Shown here piece after piece: positions 9,436 through 17,745 of a DNA stretch of 41,211 nt. The notes beneath the pieces were generated by a model, which saw only the letters and a program-made list of their open reading frames with translations, was not told the DNA's origin and did no database searches. How positions within the stretch are numbered: position 1 is the stretch's first letter; each line of letters starts with the position of its first letter. This stretch comes from an uncultured Lachnospiraceae bacterium (GTDB taxonomy: Bacteria; Bacillota; Clostridia; Lachnospirales; Lachnospiraceae). A program made the translations under genes and the position numbers. Location of the stretch: positions 1 through 41,211 of the forward strand of contig CAUCYJ010000001.1 in assembly GCA_958446945.1 (NCBI GenBank), written 5' to 3'.

Positions 9436-10443
9436 TTATGCTAATTGATATCCTGTCGGAAAAATATCATCCGGATCCAAAACAAATGTATGAATTCCAG
9501 TTACCCAGGCCTTTCCGGTTACTTCCGGAATCACTGCCGGAATTCCTGACACCTCTGCATTTCCAAAATATGTACACTTAAACTGGCTTCCGATAATACT
9601 CTGATGTATAAACGATTCTCCTAACTGAATTTTACCTTTTTTCGCAAGTACAGAAAGTTTTGCCGATGTTCCTGTTCCGCAAGGAGATCTATCGATTGCT
9701 CCCGGAGGAATAATTACCGCATTTTTCACTGCACCATCTTCCTGCCCTGACGGTTCATAAAATTCCACATGTGTCACATGGTTTTCAAATGGAATTTCCG
9801 GATGAACAACGTGGATCTGTTCATTAATGTATGTTTTTAATTTGTTTCCTGCCGCAATAAGTTTTGATGCCTGCTTTGGTTCAACACTCAGTCCAACAGA
9901 TGCAGCCGGTAAGATTGCGTAAATATTGCCGCCATAAGCAATATCCATCTGAACATCACCATATTCTTCTGTTTTAACGACCGCATTTTCTTCCATAACA
10001 AACGCCGGTGCATTCACAAATGTTACACTGACCGCTGTGTTATCCTTCACTTCAATTTTAAGTTTTACAAGACCTGCTGCTGTATCAAGTGTCACATGTG
10101 TATAAGGTTCCTCAATTTCAACCATTCCTGATTCAATCAATGACGTTCCAACACCAATGGTGTCATGTCCGCACATCGGCATCCAACCGCCCACTTCAAA
10201 ATAAAGAACCCCAAAATCTGCTTCCTCTCTGCAAGGTTCTGTGATGATAGTTCCTGACATAACCTCATTTCCTCTCGGTTCATATGTCAAAAGCTGTCTT
10301 ACCCAGTCTCCCTCTGTAGACATATATTCCAGTTTTTCAATCATCGTTTTACCTGGAATTTTGGGAATTCCGCCGAGCACATTTCTAGTCGGCTCTCCAC
10401 AGGTATGAGTGTCAATCGTATGAAAAGTTTTTTTAATTTTCAT
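9436..10443 (-). CDS. Proline racemase family enzyme (4-hydroxyproline 2-epimerase or proline racemase)
   Basis: IDTHTCGEPTR, EPRG, MPMCGHDTIG and DRSPCGTGT; both catalytic cysteines are present. RBS GAGGAG. Confidence 0.92.
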   Translation of the reverse strand: MKIKKTFHTIDTHTCGEPTRNVLGGIPKIPGKTMIEKLEYMSTEGDWVRQLLTYEPRGNEVMSGTIITEPCREEADFGVLYFEVGGWMPMCGHDTIGVGTSLIESGMVEIEEPYTHVTLDTAAGLVKLKIEVKDNTAVSVTFVNAPAFVMEENAVVKTEEYGDVQMDIAYGGNIYAILPAASVGLSVEPKQASKLIAAGNKLKTYINEQIHVVHPEIPFENHVTHVEFYEPSGQEDGAVKNAVIIPPGAIDRSPCGTGTSAKLSVLAKKGKIQLGESFIHQSIIGSQFKCTYFGNAEVSGIPAVIPEVTGKAWVTGIHTFVLDPDDIFPTGYQLA

Positions 10444-10518
10444 ATCCTGCTTTTCTCCTCTCACTACACTAAATTTGTTTTGTACCGTGTTCTAGACTAT
10501 AGTTTAAATCTTGTTCTC

Positions 10519-10546
10519 ATTATAGCATTTATTTACACTATGTCAA
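10519..10546 (-). promoter_or_regulatory. Consensus sigma-A promoter of the racemase operon
   Basis: Minus strand TTGACA-16 bp-TATAAT with extended -10 TG. Confidence 0.75.
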
Positions 10547-10552
10547 TCATTT

Positions 10553-10568
10553 TTTCACGTATGTGAAA
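10553..10568. promoter_or_regulatory. Palindromic operator candidate 1
   Basis: TTTCAC-GTAT-GTGAAA immediately upstream of the operon -35 element. Confidence 0.5.
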
Positions 10569-10737
10569 TCATTAACTTTGTGTGTGAATTTTTTGACTAT
10601 TCACTTTTATCATATTTTCCACATTTTTTCTTGTTAAGTTTATATCGCATTAATATATATCAATTTTTATGCCGTTTTTTGGTTAATAAAGATCTATAAT
10701 TGTTATTTTTTTATCTTCTTTTTAATTCGCTTCATTT

Positions 10738-10751
10738 TTCATATATATGAA
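10738..10751. promoter_or_regulatory. Palindromic operator candidate 2
   Basis: TTCAT-ATAT-ATGAA, a perfect palindrome with the same TTCAY-N4-RTGAA pattern, just upstream of the regulator -35 element. Confidence 0.45.
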
Positions 10752-10763
10752 TTCTTTCAAAAG

Positions 10764-10792
10764 TTGACGTTGCATACAAAAAAAGATATACT
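10764..10792 (+). promoter_or_regulatory. Sigma-A promoter of the XRE-cupin regulator
   Basis: TTGACG-17 bp-TATACT. Confidence 0.65.
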
Positions 10793-10827
10793 AAATTTAA
10801 CAAAAATAGATGAAAGGAGCTTTTGCC

Positions 10828-11442
10828 ATGAACCACAATTTACCAATTGGCGAAAAGATCAAAGCTCTTCGCAATGCAAATAATCTTACTTTAAAACAGT
10901 TAGGAGAGATGACGAATCTATCGGTCGGTTTCCTCTCCCAAATGGAACGCGGCATGTCTTCCATTGCCATTGATACATTAGAAAAAATCGCTTCTGTACT
11001 TAATGTCAGCCTTACAAGCTTCTTCGAAGATTCTTCTCCGACTGAAAAAGCTGCTGAAAGCGCAGATCCCGTTATTCACAGATTTGCACAACACGCAACC
11101 CCTGTCAGCAGTCATATCATCCAGACAGTTCTGAGCAAAGATGTTATGGCTTTTGATCTTCTTCCAAGGCTTTTTGATCTCATGCCATTTGCAAATGACG
11201 AAGAAGAGCATTTGGAAATGTATAGTCATAAAGGCGAAGAATTTATTTATATTTTAGAAGGTATCGTAACAATTCATGTAGATGGTCGACAATATATTCT
11301 TTATCCTGGCGACTGTATCCAGATTCACTCAAACGAAGAACACAACTGGCGAAACTGTACAAACAGAACAGCACGTCTTCTTTCCGTAAACGTACCGAAT
11401 CCGTTCCGTCATCCAGAAGAAGGACATATTATGCCACTATAA
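10828..11442 (+). CDS. XRE-family HTH + cupin transcriptional regulator (PuuR-like)
   Basis: IGEKIKALR...LSVGFLSQMERG HTH; cupin motifs HKGEEFIYILEG and GDCIQIHSNEEH; RBS AAAGGAG. Confidence 0.9.
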   Translation: MNHNLPIGEKIKALRNANNLTLKQLGEMTNLSVGFLSQMERGMSSIAIDTLEKIASVLNVSLTSFFEDSSPTEKAAESADPVIHRFAQHATPVSSHIIQTVLSKDVMAFDLLPRLFDLMPFANDEEEHLEMYSHKGEEFIYILEGIVTIHVDGRQYILYPGDCIQIHSNEEHNWRNCTNRTARLLSVNVPNPFRHPEEGHIMPL

Positions 11443-11542
11443 ATTTCCTATTTAAAGTATTTTAAAAAAATTCTTCTTTTTCTTTCTGCTTTCAGGCAAA
11501 ACGCCGAAGTTGCAAAATCTGAAGAATTTTGTAAAAAATCTA

Positions 11543-11600
11543 TGGACGAATCGTTCTGTTTATGAGAGAATGAATATGTATGGTGTTAAAAGTTTATCAA
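11543..11600 (+). promoter_or_regulatory. Promoter plus Rex-like operator for the IscU-like/GGGtGRT operon
   Basis: TGGACG-17 bp-(TG-n)GAGAAT at 11543-11571. GTGTTAA-AAGT-TTATCAA at 11583-11600 matches the clostridial Rex consensus TTGTTAA-N4-TTAACAA at 12 of 14 positions. Confidence 0.5.
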
Positions 11601-11648
11601 CCATTTATCATTCAAGCAGAATATATGCATTTGAAAGGAGTTTTTAAC

Positions 11649-12341
11649 ATGATTTATTCACATGAAGTACAGATGATGTGTCCTGTAGCACAGGGTGCCA
11701 ATCACGGACCAGCTCCAATCCCGGAAGAAGCAAAATGGGTAAAAGCAAAAGAAGTGAAAGACATTTCCGGTTTAACACACGGCATTGGCTGGTGTGCTCC
11801 GCAGCAGGGAACATGTAAATTAACACTGAACGTAAAAGATGGTATCATCCAGGAAGCACTGGTTGAAACAATCGGATGCTCAGGTATGACTCATTCTGCA
11901 GCTATGGCTTCTGAAATTCTTCCTGGTAAGACAATTCTTGAAGCTTTAAATACAGACCTTGTTTGTGATGCTATCAATACAGCTATGAGAGAATTATTCT
12001 TACAAATTGTATACGGAAGAACACAGAGTGCATTCTCTGAAGATGGTCTCCCGATCGGTGCCGGACTCGAAGATTTAGGAAAAGGTCTTCGCTCTCAGGT
12101 TGGTACAATGTACGGTACACTTGCAAAAGGTCCTCGTTACCTTGAAATGGCTGAAGGATATGTTACTGGTATTGCTCTTGATGAGAACAACGAAATCATC
12201 GGCTACAAATTCGTAAGTCTCGGAAAATTCACAGACTTCATCAAAGCTGGCGATACACCAAACGAAGCATGGGAAAAAGCTCAGGGACAATACGGCCGCG
12301 TTGCTGATGCTGTTAAGATTATTGACCCAAGAAAAGAGTAA
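11649..12341 (+). CDS. IscU/NifU-N-like Fe-S scaffold-fold protein (partner of GGGtGRT)
   Basis: GWCAPQQGTCKLTL, ETIGCSGMTHSA, LVCDAIN; RBS GAAAGGAG; start at MIYSHEV. Confidence 0.85.
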   Translation: MIYSHEVQMMCPVAQGANHGPAPIPEEAKWVKAKEVKDISGLTHGIGWCAPQQGTCKLTLNVKDGIIQEALVETIGCSGMTHSAAMASEILPGKTILEALNTDLVCDAINTAMRELFLQIVYGRTQSAFSEDGLPIGAGLEDLGKGLRSQVGTMYGTLAKGPRYLEMAEGYVTGIALDENNEIIGYKFVSLGKFTDFIKAGDTPNEAWEKAQGQYGRVADAVKIIDPRKE

Positions 12342-12371
12342 TCAGTCATAATAATATAGGAGGACAATGAA

Positions 12372-13382
12372 ATGGCTTTATTTGAATCATATGAAAGAAG
12401 AATTGATAAAATCAATGAAGTATTAAACAGCTATGGAATTGCTTCACTGGAAGAAGCTGAAAAGATCACAAAAGATGCTGGACTTAATGTTTACGATATG
12501 GTAAAAGGTATCCAGCCGATCTGTTTCGAAAATGCATGCTGGGCATACATCACAGGTGCTGCTATCGCAATTAAAAAAGGTTGTACAAAAGCAGCAGACG
12601 CAGCTGCAGCAATCGGTGAAGGACTTCAGGCTTTCTGTATTCCGGGCTCTGTAGCAGATCAGCGTAAAGTAGGTCTTGGTCACGGTAACTTAGGCAAGAT
12701 GTTACTGGAAGAAGATACAGACTGTTTTGCATTCCTTGCAGGTCACGAATCTTTCGCAGCTGCAGAAGGTGCTATCGGTATTGCTGAAAAAGCTAACAAA
12801 GTTCGTCAGAAACCACTTCGTGTTATCTTAAACGGACTTGGAAAAGATGCCGCAAAGATTATTTCCAGAATCAATGGTTTCACATATGTAGAGACAGATT
12901 ACGACTACTACACAGGCGAGTTAAAAGAAGTTGCAAGAACATCTTACTCAGATGGTCTTCGTTCAAAAGTAAATTGCTATGGTGCAAATGATGTTCGCGA
13001 AGGTGTTGCGATCATGTGGAAAGAAGGCGTTGATGTTTCTATCACAGGAAACTCTACAAACCCAACACGTTTCCAGCACCCAGTTGCAGGTACATATAAA
13101 AAAGAATGTATCGAAGCCGGAAAGAAATATTTCTCTGTTGCTTCAGGCGGTGGTACAGGACGTACACTTCACCCAGACAATATGGCAGCAGGTCCTGCTT
13201 CTTATGGTATGACAGATACATTAGGACGTATGCATTCTGATGCACAGTTCGCTGGTTCTTCTTCTGTTCCGGCTCATGTTGAAATGATGGGTCTGATCGG
13301 TGCTGGTAACAATCCAATGGTTGGTATGACTGTTGCTGTTGCTGTTGCTGTAGAAGAAGCTGCTAAAGAAGGTAAGTTCTAG
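12372..13382 (+). CDS. GGGtGRT-family protein (uncharacterised)
   Basis: Literal SGGGTGRTLHPDN motif; MALFESYERRI start; RBS AGGAGG. Confidence 0.92.
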   Translation: MALFESYERRIDKINEVLNSYGIASLEEAEKITKDAGLNVYDMVKGIQPICFENACWAYITGAAIAIKKGCTKAADAAAAIGEGLQAFCIPGSVADQRKVGLGHGNLGKMLLEEDTDCFAFLAGHESFAAAEGAIGIAEKANKVRQKPLRVILNGLGKDAAKIISRINGFTYVETDYDYYTGELKEVARTSYSDGLRSKVNCYGANDVREGVAIMWKEGVDVSITGNSTNPTRFQHPVAGTYKKECIEAGKKYFSVASGGGTGRTLHPDNMAAGPASYGMTDTLGRMHSDAQFAGSSSVPAHVEMMGLIGAGNNPMVGMTVAVAVAVEEAAKEGKF

Positions 13383-13412
13383 TTTGTATTTCCAATTTAC
13401 CGGAACAAATTT

Positions 13413-13445
13413 TAGGGCAGAAGCATTATGCTTCTGCCCTATTTT
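13413..13445. terminator. Intrinsic terminator between convergent genes
   Basis: Perfect 13-bp stem TAGGGCAGAAGCA-TTA-TGCTTCTGCCCTA followed by TTTT. Confidence 0.85.
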
Positions 13446-13450
13446 CATTT

Positions 13451-14875
13451 CTATGAAATTTCTTCCGCCACCATTTTCCAGAATTTTGCGTTTTTCTGGA
13501 ATTTCCTTAATTCTTCTTTATCAAAATCAATCGTCAGATATCCATTTCCAACGGAAGTATCTTCTGTAACATATTCGAAGCCAATCTCAATTCCATCACC
13601 TGTTAACATAAATATTGGAGAAATTCTCTCTTTGCCACTATCGCCTTCAAAGAAATGTTCCAGTTCTTTTGCAGAGTAGGCATTTACAAATCCATTTTCC
13701 GGATAGTGATCGATAGCTTCTTCTTTCCACATATTTACAAATGTATGATTCGCATGAATTACATCTTTCAAATCATATATTTCTCCGCTCTTTACATTTG
13801 CAACAACAGAACGAAGTCCCACCTGAATGTTATTATAATTCCCAACACTGTAATAGTCTTCAAAAGCTACGCAGATTAGATTTTCATCCTGATAAGTGAC
13901 TTTATAATTCACTTGCGATGCCACAACCGCCTCCTGCCGCATCATCCATTCTTTCATCTCTTCTGTCGGATTTTCATAATATGTTATAACGGTCTCTCTT
14001 GCACAGTTTTTTAATTCCTCGTTAAGTTCTTTTTCTACTTTTTCTGAGAGCCCGCTTAACTGTGGATAATTAATATTATAAGAAATAAAATATGATGATG
14101 ATCTGTCACTTTCAAATGCATCATTTTCTTCTTCAATCTCATACCCTGCATTTGCAGCAATATATGCTTCTGCCTGTAAAATACCGTCATTTTCCTCCTC
14201 TGGTTCCTCTTCCGGCATCGGAATCATCTTCTCATCAAACGGGATTTCCTGTGCATAAGTCCGTTCGGTTTCTTTTTGTCTTTGTACCGTTCCAAATACG
14301 AAAAAAGCCAACACCCCTAAAATGAATACAAGAAACATAATGCCCGCCATGACTGCAATTCCAATATACAGACCTGTATTGGATTTTTTCTTAGTCGGAT
14401 TCTGCTGACAGCATTTCTGAATAGACATTCGAAGCGTCTTTTTCATCATTCCATATTCTGGAACAAATGCTCCTTCCTCTTCAAATCCAAGTTTCCTGTA
14501 TAATGCCTCTTTCTCCGGAATCGTCTTTATTGTCAGATATTCATACATATTCGAAGTCACTGCAAGACGGCACGCCTCCTGAAGCAGCTTTGCTTCTAAA
14601 TGTTCTTTTTGATAACCCAAATCCGTATACAGAAAGAGTACTTCTCCTTGTGTATCCAGTTCCAAAGCCCCGCATACTGTTTCTTTTTCATAAGCTGCAA
14701 ATAACAAAATCTTACCTGCCCGATAACGCTCTAATTGATTTTCATATTTCAAAAATGTAAGAAATGCTTCTTTTCCTTCTTCTGTGTAGCGTTCCAGATC
14801 TTGTTTCCAGAACATCTGAGCCGAGAAATTCAGTACGCTCCATAATTCTGTTTCTTTTACAATTCTAATCTGCAT
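13451..14875 (-). CDS. Fusion of an N-terminal GNAT-like domain, a single TM helix and an extracytoplasmic DUF4163/DUF3298 (RsiV/PdaC-like) domain
   Basis: Start ATG 14875 with RBS GGAGGA; GNAT elements (FAAYE...VCG, ALYRKLGF); KKK then hydrophobic LYIGIAVMAGIMFLVFILGVLAFFVFG; INYPQLSG...YKVTYQDENLICV...NVKSGEIYDLKDVI. Confidence 0.7.
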   Translation of the reverse strand: MQIRIVKETELWSVLNFSAQMFWKQDLERYTEEGKEAFLTFLKYENQLERYRAGKILLFAAYEKETVCGALELDTQGEVLFLYTDLGYQKEHLEAKLLQEACRLAVTSNMYEYLTIKTIPEKEALYRKLGFEEEGAFVPEYGMMKKTLRMSIQKCCQQNPTKKKSNTGLYIGIAVMAGIMFLVFILGVLAFFVFGTVQRQKETERTYAQEIPFDEKMIPMPEEEPEEENDGILQAEAYIAANAGYEIEEENDAFESDRSSSYFISYNINYPQLSGLSEKVEKELNEELKNCARETVITYYENPTEEMKEWMMRQEAVVASQVNYKVTYQDENLICVAFEDYYSVGNYNNIQVGLRSVVANVKSGEIYDLKDVIHANHTFVNMWKEEAIDHYPENGFVNAYSAKELEHFFEGDSGKERISPIFMLTGDGIEIGFEYVTEDTSVGNGYLTIDFDKEELRKFQKNAKFWKMVAEEIS

Positions 14876-15398
14876 TCTTTTCCTCCATTCTGCTGTCACA
14901 TACTGTTTCTTGAACAGACCGTGTATCCTCCAGCTCTTCCCTGAGAATTTCAATCGCCCGTTCTACGGAAGCTTTTCGTATTTCTTCCCGTGTTCCATGA
15001 AAATGACATTCTTCCACACGAATCCTGTTATTTAAACAACATCCGATATACACCAGTCCTACCGGTTTTTCTTTTGTTCCTCCTGTCGGTCCGGCAATTC
15101 CTGTCGTTACAAGCGCAGCATTCGCATTCGCTATTGTTGCCGCTCCCCGCGCCATCTCTTCTGCTGTCTGGCTGCTGACCGCTCCAAATTTCTCCAGCGT
15201 TTCATGAGCCACTCCTAAGATTTTCTCTTTCGCTGCATTAGAATAAGTAATATGTCCTTCTTCATACACTTCAGACGCGCCGGAAACATTCAGAAGACGT
15301 CCTGCCAAGAGACCGCCTGTACAGGATTCTGCCGTAGTAACTTTCCACTTTCTTTCTCTTAATACTTCTATTACACTCTCTTCTATTGCTTTTTTCAT
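14865..15398 (-). CDS. pncC: CinA C-terminal domain protein / NMN amidohydrolase
   Basis: TAESCTGG, ITYSNAAK, GAVS, TGIAGPTGG, KPVGLVY. Confidence 0.85.
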   Translation of the reverse strand: MKKAIEESVIEVLRERKWKVTTAESCTGGLLAGRLLNVSGASEVYEEGHITYSNAAKEKILGVAHETLEKFGAVSSQTAEEMARGAATIANANAALVTTGIAGPTGGTKEKPVGLVYIGCCLNNRIRVEECHFHGTREEIRKASVERAIEILREELEDTRSVQETVCDSRMEEKNAD

Positions 15399-15506
15399 CT
15401 ATTCCTCTCCTGTTTTCATTTTCCCCAAATATCTGTATTAGTTAATATTATAACACGTTTTTCATCACGAATGGCTAATTACACACTTTTTTCATATTTC
15501 TCTATC

Positions 15507-15548
15507 AAAAAAATCCTGCCAAGGGAACTTTGCTCTACCCTGGCAGGA
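15507..15548 (-). terminator. Intrinsic terminator after pgsA
   Basis: TCCTGCCA...TGGCAGGA stem with an A-run (U tail on minus strand) at 15507-15513. Confidence 0.7.
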
Positions 15549-15562
15549 CTTTCCATTATTTT

Positions 15563-16105
15563 TTACATACCGCCTCTTGTAAGGACTTCTTTATTCTTTG
15601 CAATATAATCTACAAGTGAGATGATCGTCAGCGCCAATGATACCCAAATCAGAACTGTTCCGATTGTATCAAAAATACCGCCAAGATCCATAATCAATAC
15701 GACAATCATTAACATTTGGAATGTTGTTTTGAATTTGCCCCAGTAACTTGCAGCAATAACAATTCCATTATCTGATGCAACAAGACGGAATCCGCTAATA
15801 ATAAATTCACGGCTGATAATAATAATTACAATCCACGCCGCCAGTTTTCCGTTCTCTATGAGACAGATCATTGCAGCAGAAACAAGAAGTTTATCTGCCA
15901 GCGGATCCATAAATTTTCCGAAATTTGTTACAAGATTGTATTTTCTTGCGATTTTCCCATCCAAAAGATCTGTCAAACTAGCTATGATAAAAATTGCAAG
16001 GGCAATCCACTTTCCGGAAGCGCCGCCCAGATCCGTCAGCATAAATACTACGAAAAACGGAATCATCAGCACACGCAGTACCGTTAATTTATTTGGTAAA
16101 TTCAT
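15563..16105 (-). CDS. pgsA: CDP-diacylglycerol--glycerol-3-phosphate 3-phosphatidyltransferase
   Basis: MNLPNKLT, DLLDGKIARK...FGKFMDPLADK; conserved rimO-pgsA-cinA synteny. Confidence 0.95.
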   Translation of the reverse strand: MNLPNKLTVLRVLMIPFFVVFMLTDLGGASGKWIALAIFIIASLTDLLDGKIARKYNLVTNFGKFMDPLADKLLVSAAMICLIENGKLAAWIVIIIISREFIISGFRLVASDNGIVIAASYWGKFKTTFQMLMIVVLIMDLGGIFDTIGTVLIWVSLALTIISLVDYIAKNKEVLTRGGM

Positions 16106-17427
16106 GATAATAACTCTCCTATCAAATCGTATTCCTGTGCTCCGGTCACTTTTACCATTGCAAAATCTCCGGAAACAAGTTCTTCATCTGTCATAATAAA
16201 AATCAAACCGTCAACATTCGGCGCATCCTTGTAAGTCCTTCCTACATAGGCGTTCTCATCTGCCACCTTGCCCTCAATCATCACAAGCACCGTCTGCCCG
16301 ATCATGTTTTCTGCAAGCTCAAAAGCAATATCTTGCTGAAGCTCCATAAGTTCTGCCTGACGATCTTCCTTAATCTCTTCGGGAATCTGATGTTCAAATT
16401 CTGCTGCCGGAGTATCTTCTTCCGGTGAATAAGTAAATACACCAAGTCGATCAAATTCCATCTGATCGACAAAATCCATGACTTCTTCGTGCTGTTCCTC
16501 GGTTTCTCCAGGAAATCCTGTAATCAGTGTCGTTCGGATGCAAATATCCGGAATTTCTTCCCGTAAATGTTCCACCGTCTCAATTAACTGCGCTTTTGAG
16601 GTACGCCGTCCCATCCGCTTTAAAATTGCATCGCTGGCGTGCTGGATCGGAAGGTCAATATAATGACAAATCTTTGGCTCTTCTTTCATAACCTGGATCA
16701 ATTCCTCTGTAATTTCTTCCGGATAACAATAAAGAATCCGGATCCAACGAAGTCCGCTGACTTTACAAAGTGCCCGCAAAAGCTTTGGAAGAGATTTCTC
16801 ACCGTAAATATCTTTACCGTATACTGTTGTTTCCTGTGCCACCAGAATCAATTCTTTTACGCCCTGTTCTGCCAGATATTCTGCCTCTTTTACAAGGCGC
16901 TCCATTGGAACACTGCGATAATTTCCACGTATTTTGGGAATAATACAGTAAGTACAGTGCTTATCACAACCTTCTGCAATCTTCATGTAAGCATAATGAC
17001 CACCGGTTGTCACAATCCGCTTTTCATCTACAAGAGGAAGTGCATTCACGTCGTTAACGATCAGCTTGTGTTCTCCATGAAGCGCAGCTGCAATTGCTTC
17101 TAGAATCTTATCATAAGAAGTTGTCCCAAGCACTGCATCTACTTCCGGAATCTCATCCATGATTTCCTGGCGATAACGTTCCGCTAAACATCCTGTAACT
17201 ACAAGCGCTTTCAGTTTACCGCTTTTCTTCCATTCAGCCATCTCAAGAATGGTGTTGATACTCTCTTCTTTTGCATCATGGATAAAACAGCATGTGTTGA
17301 TTACAATAATGTCTGCACTGGCCTCATCATCAACCATCTGATATCCATGTTTTGCCAACATTCCAAGCATCACTTCTGTATCTACCAGATTCTTATCACA
17401 TCCGAGAGAAATAAACAATAAATTCAT
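16102..17427 (-). CDS. rimO: Ribosomal protein S12 methylthiotransferase
   Basis: SLGCDKNLVD, NTCCFI, radical-SAM motif CDKHCTYC, C-terminal TRAM domain. Confidence 0.95.
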   Translation of the reverse strand: MNLLFISLGCDKNLVDTEVMLGMLAKHGYQMVDDEASADIIVINTCCFIHDAKEESINTILEMAEWKKSGKLKALVVTGCLAERYRQEIMDEIPEVDAVLGTTSYDKILEAIAAALHGEHKLIVNDVNALPLVDEKRIVTTGGHYAYMKIAEGCDKHCTYCIIPKIRGNYRSVPMERLVKEAEYLAEQGVKELILVAQETTVYGKDIYGEKSLPKLLRALCKVSGLRWIRILYCYPEEITEELIQVMKEEPKICHYIDLPIQHASDAILKRMGRRTSKAQLIETVEHLREEIPDICIRTTLITGFPGETEEQHEEVMDFVDQMEFDRLGVFTYSPEEDTPAAEFEHQIPEEIKEDRQAELMELQQDIAFELAENMIGQTVLVMIEGKVADENAYVGRTYKDAPNVDGLIFIMTDEELVSGDFAMVKVTGAQEYDLIGELLS

Positions 17428-17460
17428 CAATCTGTTTCTCCTGTCTTCCTATATTTTTAG

Positions 17461-17490
17461 AAGGCAGATACCGGATCCGGCATCTGCCTT
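17461..17490. terminator. Strong hairpin between rpoZ and rimO (partial terminator or mRNA stability element)
   Basis: AAGGCAGAT-ACCGGATCCGGC-ATCTGCCTT; the U tail on the transcribed minus strand is weak. Confidence 0.55.
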
Positions 17491-17496
17491 TTTATG

Positions 17497-17742
17497 CTAC
17501 TCTTCTTCTGAGTTTTCTGCAATAATCTTAATCTTTCCATTGTTCAATTCACTGATTGCAATAGAAAGCGGTTTATCCTTGTCTTTTACCGGAACAAGCG
17601 GTTCTGCTCCTGCAATAATCTGTCTTGCGCGTTTTGCAGTGGCAAGTACAATGGAATAACGGCTGTTAACAATCTTTGTTGCACCTTCTTCCACGTCCTG
17701 ATTTACTACTCTCATCAAATCTGTATAAGATGGATGTAACAT
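17497..17742 (-). CDS. rpoZ: RNA polymerase omega subunit
   Basis: MLHPSY, SRYSIVLATAKRARQI, KPLSIA; follows gmk. Confidence 0.95.
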   Translation of the reverse strand: MLHPSYTDLMRVVNQDVEEGATKIVNSRYSIVLATAKRARQIIAGAEPLVPVKDKDKPLSIAISELNNGKIKIIAENSEEE

Positions 17743-17745
17743 AAA

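Noticed and set aside
9436..10443. Stickland prdF proline racemase
   Set aside because: No D-proline reductase (prdA/prdB) or selenoprotein genes nearby and the context is oxidative. Proline activity itself cannot be excluded from sequence.
3533..11614. TTTATCATTC(A) repeats at about 3534, 3568 and 11604 as att or target-site duplications of the islet
   Set aside because: Short and AT-rich, the right copy lies inside the next operon's leader, and no integrase or tRNA is present.
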